From: Ramazzottius varieornatus
Taxonomy: Eukaryota; Animalia; Tardigrada
Assembly: GCA_001949185.1 (NCBI GenBank)
Contig: BDGG01000015.1
Span: forward strand, 129,036-193,035
Length of the DNA stretch: 64,000 nt
Reading direction: 5' to 3'
Both the position numbers and the translations under genes were made by a program. The notes beneath the pieces were generated by a model. It did no database searches. It saw only the letters and a list, made by a program, of their open reading frames with translations, and was not told the origin of the DNA. This document shows positions 51,008-61,000 of this stretch, piece after piece. Each line of letters begins with the position of its first letter. The stretch's first letter is position 1.

Positions 51008-54000
51008 ATGGCCAAGATACCGCTGGTGTGGATTTTCATTATCCTGTACTCGTTTCTCGGTTCCCGGCTTTTGACTGCGGCAGCCGATGATAAAGCAGGT
51101 AAATGTCGAATTTCTTTACCCGTTTTTGGCTTGATGTGTGGACGTGTTATGTCTGGACCTGCTAAACTGACCCGTTGATTTGACTCTACTCATATTCTCT
51201 GTTGTAGTTGAAAAGGATGTTGATGCTCATAACGGCGATGTCGGTGTTCAGGGTGACGAACCTGCGCCTTCGACCCGGACGGAACCTTTCCATGAAGACG
51301 AACTGTTACCCTTCGAAACCACGATCAAGCCCTCGTCCCGTTCCGTCGACATCGAGGAAGAACACTTTGAAGGATCCGGCGAACCTTTCGCGTTCGGTAA
51401 GAACGAAAAAGAGAGATGTTGCTGATTCTTCCGAGTCGATGTCGCAAACCATGACAATAATTCGAACGGGCTCAAAATATCATATCAGCTGGAATCATGA
51501 CTACGTACTTTTTTGCAGCAAGACTGCAGCCCAATCAAGTCCCACTCCAAAAAATTGTAGTGGAACAACAACCTCAAGTGTCCGAGTTCTCTTCAGAAAA
51601 AGACCTTGTCCAAAGCCAAGATACAGTGAAAACGAACCGACTGCTGCAAAAGTCGGAAGTGGTGGCAGTACTATCGGCCAACGGACCTGCAAGGGTATCG
51701 CCGACGCTAGCTACGTCTCCAAGACCGGTCAACTCACGCAAGGCACAAATTCCAAAGGTCTTTGAGCCACAGCCTGCAGAGGAAGAGAAGAAACCGCCGG
51801 AACCGTTGACGATACCGCCTATGAAGCTGAGCAAACTGGTCAACACTCCACCCAGCAGCACCTGCAGTTCCTTCGCCAGAACTTCTAAGATGCTGTACGT
51901 GTCTTTCTGTTTTGAGGAAGTTTAGTTCAGCTTTCTCACCCCGAATCGTCTCAGCTTTGATACCTTGAAATTAAACTTTTCATGTGTACTAGGTTGTATG
52001 TGGTGTGTGACGCAGAGGATGAAGCATTGACGGATGAAACTGAACTGTCGCACGGCTTTACTGTTTACGAAGCTGTCCTTGGTTCCTCATCCGCGCGATT
52101 CAAGCGCGAAACCACCTGCAGCATTCCCACGAGCGGCGAAGTGGGCAACAAGCTTCTTCGAATCCCGACTAAATCCGCTGTGAAAATGCTAAAGGTATGT
52201 TTCGTCAAACACACAAAAATCGACAACTGTGCATGCTTTTTCAGGTGGCGCACGCTTTCAGCCGGTAGTACTGAGAAAGTGCGCCACTTAGGAAAGCAAT
52301 CTCGTCGAATTTGTCGAGCTCTCAGATCATAAACGCATGCGTATGCACAGTAGAAGTTTAGCTTTCTGAGAAACTGAATATGACGCTGTGTTCTGCCTTG
52401 GTTATCAGAATGCATTTTATTTTTGTAGCCTTTCACTGCGGGTGACAGACTGTTCGTCATTGCCATCATGGAAATCGGTTACAGTTACATGTACGAGATC
52501 GAAATTAACAAAGCCCAGACTGCCGGAAAATCCAGAATTGTCCAACGAATTCCCCACAAGTTCCTAACCGATGTTACCGTCGTTCACATACGATATAGCG
52601 GAGATGAGAAAATCTACCTGGCGTTCTCGGCCTCCGCGAAGAGCTGCAAGCCGCATCAAACGCAATGTCCCGGAGGTGCACCCGTCTACCGGTTCATCCA
52701 AGGTTCCCTTTCCCTTTGTGATTATGTAGGAATGCCCAGAGCTTTTACGGTTCGCGGCTGGGAGGAATATGGAGTAGTTGTTCTAGCCTACGTCTCTCAC
52801 CCCGATGACGATACTGACAACTCCTTCTTATCCTTCTTCGAGGTGGACGACAGGGCTGAATGTGAAGTTGTACCGCTGAAATCTCAACCGCACATTGACG
52901 AAGTAAAAGGAAAAAGTCTATGCGGTAAGTGAGCTCTTTCACAGAAATGGGGATTTCTTTCATACGTCCACTATTTGACGTAATTCGTTTGCAGGTATTC
53001 GAGCAATCGAGCCTTTTTGGAGGAACCGGAAGACTTATCTGGCTGTCGGAATTAGTACGGCAGAACATCCGTTCAGCTGTCCATCGGGCAGTATTGAAAA
53101 GTCCTTCGTACTGTTACCCCATGAGAAAGAAGCAGACATGTTCTCGACTGAAAAGCTGACGTACTTTCCCGGCCCGGCAAAGGTACGCGACCCACAAGAA
53201 TTTCCCCGCTCGCAGTCGTTGCTCTAATTTCTTTCCGCTCATTATTCTTATCTCGCTTCAGGTGTCTGGTTTCAACCTGATCGAAACTCCCTGCACTGAT
53301 TTGATAGAAACATATGGGCCGCTTTCCAGCACGGAGTTCCACAAAGCGGAAGTTCGAGACGGGCAGCTGGTCATCACGACGGTCCCACATATGCGTGATG
53401 CTCCAGATAACATACAGGAGAGCGCCGTAGCTAATGAGAAGGATCGTACCTACATCAGTTTCTCGCGATCCGACACTCATGGTGAGACTAGTTGTACAAG
53501 GCAAATCTCACTCTAGTTTTATAACGAACAATTACTTCGATACCTTATGCGTTCAAGCAGCCAACATGATACCGATATATTTGGCTTCTAGACCTGCCAT
53601 TGTTGGAGCTGAGCTGTGGATACGAGAAGCCGAAAACCACAGCGAAGGATCGACAAAGAGGTGGAGGTAACCTGCCTGCAACACGAAGCCGCAACTTCAC
53701 ACTATCCAGAAACCGAGATGTATTCGAATCCGTCTATGATAAGAAAGGTACGTACGCAGAGAAGAACTTCATTGTTGGACATGCACATGAAGTTGTACAA
53801 CGACTTGCAATAAATGAAGAACATCGATGTTTTCTCATACTAGAGGTTGACAGCGTTCGTCAAAAGCTCAGGGTTGGAAATGTGGAGCTCCATCATCATG
53901 TTGCCAACAGCTACAAAATCCAAAAGCAGAAGTTCAACGCGTCGCTTGCCGAAAGTGCGAAGAAGCGAGAGAAGATCACCAAAAGTGATGTGAAGCGTTC

Positions 54001-55087
54001 AAGACCCGTGGTAACCCCGAAAGAATTCAACCAGCCACCGCCGCCACCAAGCTTGGTGTCCCGTCGAGACGAATCATCCATGACCATGACTACAATTTCT
54101 TCGTCTCGTTCTATTCGCAATATTTCACTACAACGTCCGCAGCCACCTGCCGGCAGCGTAGATTTTCCGTCTGTCCAAGATCGTCCTGCAAACCTGATGA
54201 ATACGCCCGTCGGCCAGCAAAGACATGCGTTCCCACCGATCCGAGATTTTGTCCCGCTACCACCCGCACCAACAGCTGAAGATTTCTTTACGCCGGTCCA
54301 GGACATTCCGGCTTCCAACAGATCTCGCTCTGACCATACGAATCCCAGCCCAGGCGAGCCTCAACGATTCCTTCCCTTCCGGTATCCGTTACCACCTGTG
54401 CAAGATCGCCAGCAGCCACTCACCACAAACTTAACGATGCTGGTTCCAGATGTACATGTAGGTTTTCCAGTCAAGTCAGACTTTAACCAGACGTTCAACC
54501 AACTTGACGAAGCTATACGGCATTTCCAGGAGCGACCACCACCAATCGTCGAATCCCCGCCCTCTGTTCCGAATCCACCATTTCTGCCTGTCATCGACCA
54601 CATGAATAGGCCGCCTCTTCACGATCCACGCCATCTTTCTCCTGGTGAATCCCGTTTTGGGAACCAGACCTTTGATCGTAGTGGGCAGCCGTCACCGCCA
54701 GCTCCAGAATTCCAGCCACCACAGACTGAAGAGTTCGAGCCCGTTCAGGACCTACCACACCCTGAGGGACCACTCTCCTTCAGCAACCAAACCTTTAACC
54801 AGCCCTCGGCCCCATCCGTACTACCAGCACCAGCAAATCAGGTTTTCTTGACGAATTCAACCAGTCGCCAGTCGCAACCGTCCCCCATATTCCCGTCGCC
54901 GGTATTTCACAACCCCCTTCCAGCCACCATGCAACAGAGGTTTCCACCGCAATCATGGCCACCTGTACAACAAGCATTCGAAGGAGCGAGATTCTTCCTT
55001 CCGGAGTCTCCTCTTGGGCGAAGTTCGCAAGCGAACGGTAAGCCGGTGGGATCGAACAAACGACGTTTGAAAGCCGATAGAGCTTAA
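51008..55087 (+). CDS. Secreted protein, paralog 3: acidic/disordered N-terminus, propeller-like core, long Pro-rich C-terminal tail
   Basis: Signal peptide MAKIPLVWIFIILYSFLGSRLLTAAA. Core exons at ~51993-52194, 52429-52924, 52995-53182 and 53262-53481 join in frame. Last exon 53591-55087 carries PVQD and NQTF repeats. Confidence 0.78.
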
Positions 55088-56219
55088 CGATGTAGATTAG
55101 ACTTAGTAGAGATGGTGTGATGCCTTTGTCGTATAGACTAAACGCTCTCATATTCATGCTTTTCCTTAACAGTTTTGAATTTTCTCAGAACTCGCAAGCG
55201 GAAAAACCACACGTGTGATGTCAGAGATATTTTTACCACTGTAACTCCTTGAGTACGGACTGTACGGTAATGGGTTTCAAGGTACATAAACCGATTCCAA
55301 AGAATACACAGTATTTGTTGGGAAATACTCGGTGATTTGCCGCAGAGACGGACCAGTTTGCGTTCCCGCATCAAAGGCATCACACAAAGACGGCACAACA
55401 AGTTTTGGGGAACGTGGTCGTGAGGCTGGTCTGAATGCGGTAAGTACACCACGTACACGAAGCCTGTTTTCGTGGTATCTTGATGTCATCTCGATACCAC
55501 TTAGCCGTTGAGAATACCGGGTTAGCCGCGAAGGATTCCAGAGATTACTGTATTGTTCACGTATCGGGCGTGTCAGCGACTCAGTGTATGTCAGGCTGCG
55601 TATACGCTCGCATTTCATTCGAGTGGGTCTTCGAGCTTCCCAGTCTTCATGCTTAGCTCCCCCATCGATCCAGATGGCTTATTCCGTCAGGCTTATCTTC
55701 CACGAGATGCTCCATCGGCCCCTGTGAATTGTAACCACTAGTGTGTCGGCGAAGATATAACGCAAGGAGTGCGATTTGAAGCGACGGCCTCGCGGAGTCG
55801 GCTCCCTCTGGGAGACCCTTCTTACCCACCGCTCAACTAATAACACAGCCCGAATCTCGGAACATGGATAAACAACACATTATCTTCCGCCACTTTTTAC
55901 GGAACCAGATGAGTTGACTGAGGCCTGCTTGATCTGGATGCTTGTACTCAAGGGTCTGAATGTGCCACTGTAGCGGAGCAAGGGTTGACGGTCCCAGCCT
56001 CAGTGGAGTGGGTTAGCACGGACCTGACGTGCGGGTCAGCATCGAGTAGACTCACCTTGACTCGAGCTGTCTAAGATTCAAGATTCAGCGGACAGTCAAA
56101 GTTCCACTATAAGTTCGGCACGACTCATTTTGCCAGATTTCCGCAGAATATTTTCCAAAATTCTGATTTCTTCAGTTTGAGTTCGCAGTGTTTACCAAAT
56201 CTTGCACTTCGGCTAGCTG

Positions 56220-56254
56220 CTTGCCTTCATCCTTCATCTTCCCTCTTCCCTTCG
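56220..56254 (+). promoter_or_regulatory. Polypyrimidine (TCT/5'TOP-like) start region of the ribosomal protein gene
   Basis: CTTGCCTTCATCCTTCATCTTCCCTCTTCCCTTC immediately upstream of the RPL11 ATG. Confidence 0.6.
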
Positions 56255-56263
56255 AGCAGAACG

Positions 56264-57425
56264 ATGATGGTAAGTGATCGTAGATCCAGAACTCACCTTG
56301 TTGAATATCATCCATGCTGATTGGGGTTTACAGGCGACGAAAGAGAACAAGGACGCGAAAGTCGATGAGACGCAGAAGACCGATCCGGATAAGCATCCCA
56401 TGCGACAGCTCAGAATCACAAAGCTTTGCTTAAACATTTGTGTAGGAGAATCCGGAGATAGGCTTACTCGAGCTTCGAAAGTGTTGGAACAGTTGACTGG
56501 ACAGACTCCCGTGTTTTCGAAAGGTAAAGGAAATTAATGCCGAACTGAAATCATTTTGTTTCATTATGTTGGGATGGTCACGGGGTACGTTATTGGTTTA
56601 TTCTGGTTGGAGTGACACGTGATCAAGCCAGGTTTGCCACAGTATGGTGGTAACCAGACCGAAACGACAGTTTCGCTTGATTGTTGATTGTACGTTGGAC
56701 ATAAATATAATAGCTGGTGTTTCTTTGCAGCTCGCTTTACGGTTCGGTCCTTCGGCATTCGTCGTAACGAAAAGATCGCAGTACACGTTACAGTTCGTGG
56801 ACCAAAGGCGGAGGAGATCTTGGAGAAGGGATTGAAGGTGAGTTATTAGTTCCGGAGAGATCGAAATGCTTGTAGAATTGAGTTTTGATCGGAGTGCAGA
56901 CAGATTCTGGCTTCATTTTGTTTGGTTTACTGCGTTACTCGACTGGGTTTGTGGGAAATACAGTGACTGAGCTTTGTCGCTTCTTCTTGCAGGTTAAAGA
57001 GTTCGAGCTCCGAGAGAATTGTTTCAGTGAAAACGGCAGTTTTGGATTTGGTATCGCTGAACACATCGATCTTGGCATCAAGTACGACCCCGGCATAGGA
57101 ATCTACGGGATGGATTTCTACGTCGTACTGGGTCGTCCTGGCTTCGACGTGGTACATCGCCGACGTAAAACTGGAAAGATTGGCCGTCATCATCGTCTTA
57201 CAAAGAAAGAAGGCATGAAGTGGTTCCAGCAGAAGGTGAGAAAAAATCTGCATTGTTCATTTCTCAGTTCGACAAATCAACAATCAGTGGCACGACAGTA
57301 TTCTGTGAGAAGTGTTGTCTTTTTCCAACGGGCGCATGGGTTAAATGTTTTATCCTTCTAATCCTTGTTTTCTTGTTTTGCAGTACGAGGGTATCATACT
57401 TCCCGCAAAGGCCGTCCAGAAGTAA
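56264..57425 (+). CDS. RPL11: 60S ribosomal protein L11 (uL5); exons 56264-56269, 56334-56523, 56731-56837, 56993-57235, 57384-57425
   Basis: [58 protein letters not shown]...[28 protein letters not shown]...WFQQKYEGII; all junctions are canonical and in frame. Confidence 0.98.
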
Positions 57426-58093
57426 CCTTCCGGATGTATATATAACCCTCTTTCTCGGTTGGGACATTGAACTGATGGCTTCTGGAAATGTTTCGGGTTT
57501 CAAGTCCTTGTCTCCGAAAATAGAACGTCTTGAATTCCTTTCAAGGTTCAACATGGCGAAAATCAGTAAAATGTTATCAACTTGGATTTGTTCCGTAGGG
57601 TCGTTCGGAGAGAAAGCAGGACGAGAAGACTTGTGTGTTGTGAAAGCGGAAGAAAGTTGTGGACATTCCAGCAGTGGAAAGTGTGTTGCTGTCACAGTGT
57701 GAAAAAGCACAAGTAACTGATTAGAGGGTGGCACGTTCTTCTCAGACGTAGCCATATCTCCACGTTGTAGCGTTTCCCGGCCTGAGAACGTAGCCGAGGT
57801 TTGTGACTTCCGAAGCCTGTAATGCTGTCAGTAGGCTCCGGGTTTCATGGTCGTACTCTTCCTTCTGCAGTCGACTCGCATCATTTCGTCTACTTACTAC
57901 TTATTTCGTTTCTCAGTCGACCGTTAAGTGCCTCACAGATTTCTGAGCTGTTACGCGAACATTCTCTTGGCTCAAAGAAATCGACTATATCTTTCTTGAA
58001 GTTCTTTGGGATATCGGACCTCTGACCGGAAGAATCTCCTTCTTTTGTCGTCCCTGTGATTGATCACATCTTGTGTTTCGGGTGGATACCAAG

Positions 58094-61000
58094 ATGGCTG
58101 CTTGGATCAGATGGCTGCCTTGGTTCCTTGTCTTAATCACATTTTCCGGAATGAAAGGTACAGTAAAATTCTTTGTGTACTTTTCGGGAAGAAAGCCAAC
58201 GTTGAATCAACACCTGCCTGGTTTTCGAAGTTTGAACTGTTGTCCAAGCTTTTCAGTATCGCGGTAGATCTTGTCAGGGAAAACAAGGGAACGTTCGGCG
58301 AGTCATGGAGCATAATTGAAAGCACCCAACCAAACGGTTTTATTGGTTTTATTTCTGGTTGATTTAGGGGTCCACGGTGATCGGTCCGTGTCGGATCACT
58401 CTTCGCGGAAGATGCCCGACTGGTACACCATGTATCGTAACACTTTGTCCGACCTGCTGATTGCGGAAGACAAGCTCGCGGGGGAGTCGAAGATGCGCAA
58501 GAGTACCACGGAATCCCCACAAAGCCCACGGGTCATCCAAGCAAGAGTAGAAGCCCTCATGAAGGTCGTCTGCTCGGACAACTCGACCAGGTTCGCCAAG
58601 CTGTGTGGCCTATTGAAAGGAGTCGAAGAGCCACTGCTGACCACACCACCATCTCAGCCTTCTGAATCTAACGGAAGAAAAGGGTCCACTGCTCAACAGG
58701 CGGACAGTCAAAGAGAGAAAGTGGAAGAAAGACCGGATGCTTTGCAATTCAACGGAACAGAGGAAGTCGACTTTCCCATCGATCCAGCAGATTACCCCGA
58801 GGTAATTATACAGAACTGTGTTGAGCAGAACTGAGTATGAACTTCATTAGTATTGGTGATGCGCAGGAAACCCAGATAAAAAATCAGGTTATTTTTATCG
58901 CAGGTCTTTCGATATGCAAAGTATTTGGACAATACTTTTTTTGATTTCCTTCAGCGGTAGGAGAAAGTCCTAACTTTCTAGCGCATCCAAATTTACCAGC
59001 ATGGGCCACGTGAAATTTGTGGGCACTTTAAGCTTGTGACGCAGACATGACATACGCTAGCAAGTTAGGACCTTTTCCTTGTACTCGTATTTTTTGCTTT
59101 AAAAAGGTCTGAAAATCTGGGAAATCGATGCGACGACTTTTCAGGGAGGCATGTGGATTTATGCTACTTTAACAAAGGAAATCTGCATTTCAGGTCATAC
59201 CGTCCGATAAGAGGAGGAAGATCACGAAGGTGAAGGTGACCGGTGTAAGACGCAAGGCGCCAAAGCTGAGGGATTACTCCAAAAAGAAAATGATCATGGA
59301 AAGGAAGACGAGTCCTGTGGCCATGTTTCCACCATCGGTAAAGAGAGAAGATGGTCTCGTCACCGTGACAGATCAAAAAGGTCAAAAGACAGTCTACGCT
59401 GAAGGTAAGAAATCACGTTTCAAAGAGGTGAACAAATTATTTTTCCAAAAATTCTTGTTGGACGGTGAAAGAAAGAATGCCGGGTTTCTCGATTGCTATA
59501 AAACCTTTTTTTATCTTTGCAGAGGTTGATAGACCTCCTGCGCCTCCACAAGTCGGCAAGCCTCAAGTTCTTCAGCAGGTAACCGTCCAGGTCGACCAAG
59601 AAGCGGACTCTCCAGTGACAGGTAACCACAATTCAAAATTGATCATACATCTCTGTATGGGAGATCGCCGAATAAGGTGGGCCCAGCAAATGGCGCACGT
59701 TTCAGCCAATATCGGTGGAAACGTGCGCCACCTGGGAAAGCAATCAACTTCGACCTGATCGTTTTCTAAGTGAAACACGCTTTCACTCCAAATCACTGAC
59801 AACGTGTGCCACTTGGGACAATGATCTGGTCGGCTCTGTTTGTCGAGCTTCCATTATCAATTTTAATGTCCCTTAATTTATTCTTTTCTATGTTGTTTTC
59901 GAACTGCGCTAAGTGATTTCTATTCTTTCTCATCAGACCCAACTGCGTACTCGCCACTTTCTGGGATCTCCTTCTCCGACCCACCGGATGGCTTCAAGCC
60001 CATCGCACTGGATGAAATCACCTATGAGGAGAAGACTATGACCCAGCCGTCCGCCATGAGATACAGGCACATGGACGGCGAAGGTACGACCAAGATCAAG
60101 CATGTCCGGTATGCCGAAAAAGATCCCCGCTGGCGCGTGCGGGTTCTCAAGACGACCACACCCGGTTCGACTTCCGGTTCAGCTTCTGCGGTGGTAGGCG
60201 AAAGTGAGACTCGTCAGGAAGCTGAATCAGACGAACGTGGCTCTACCAGCCAGGATTACAGCGGAGGCGTGAGGGAAGAACGGAAGGACGGAGTTCACTT
60301 TAATAATGACACATTTACAAGAGATTACGCAGGCGAAGACTATGCCGAAGAGGACGACGTTGAAATGGACCCTGAAAAACCTGTTGGAATAGGATACAGA
60401 AACGAGTCTTTCTATCAAGAAACAGAAGGTGAAAACACTTGAATGACATTAGAATTTTTGATCGAAGTAAATCTGGTGGAATTATTTCCCCTGAAGAAAA
60501 TTTAGTCGAAATTTATAGTTGTTTCATTCTCCTCCTTTTTTAGAACAACAGAGAGCGAATGAAGTTGGATCTATAATCAAGGAAACAGGTATTCAATACT
60601 CCGACGGCCGTGCTCGCAAGGAAAAGTTTGTGTACGGATACACGGAAATGTCGTCCCTGGGGAAAACCACTCAAGGGCGTCAGCAACCGGAAGTCACGGT
60701 GGCACCACCTGTCGTAATGGTTTTGCCTGCTGTCCAACTGGGCGTCCATTTCCTCAACGACAGCTTCTCCAGAGGAATGATTAGCGAAGAGGAAGCAGAA
60801 GAACGGGAAGAACCAGCTCGAGATGTCCGTCAAGGTTAGTCGATGTTAGAAGGCCTTTGAAGCTATTGTTCTTGACGATACCAATCTTCTAAACTAAGTC
60901 TTCGATGTTGATTATGTGTGTGGTCTCTTGAATGTTGTTTTCAAGTTTGTCATTCTTGAAGGTTCCGATACCCACATCGCCACTTCTGTCGCCAATTCCT

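Noticed and set aside
55100-56200. Divergent gene or structured ncRNA (tRNA, RNase P or telomerase-like) upstream of RPL11
   Set aside because: Minus-strand donor-like sites and a 113-aa ORF exist, but I could not assemble a coherent gene model, cloverleaf or conserved RNA boxes.
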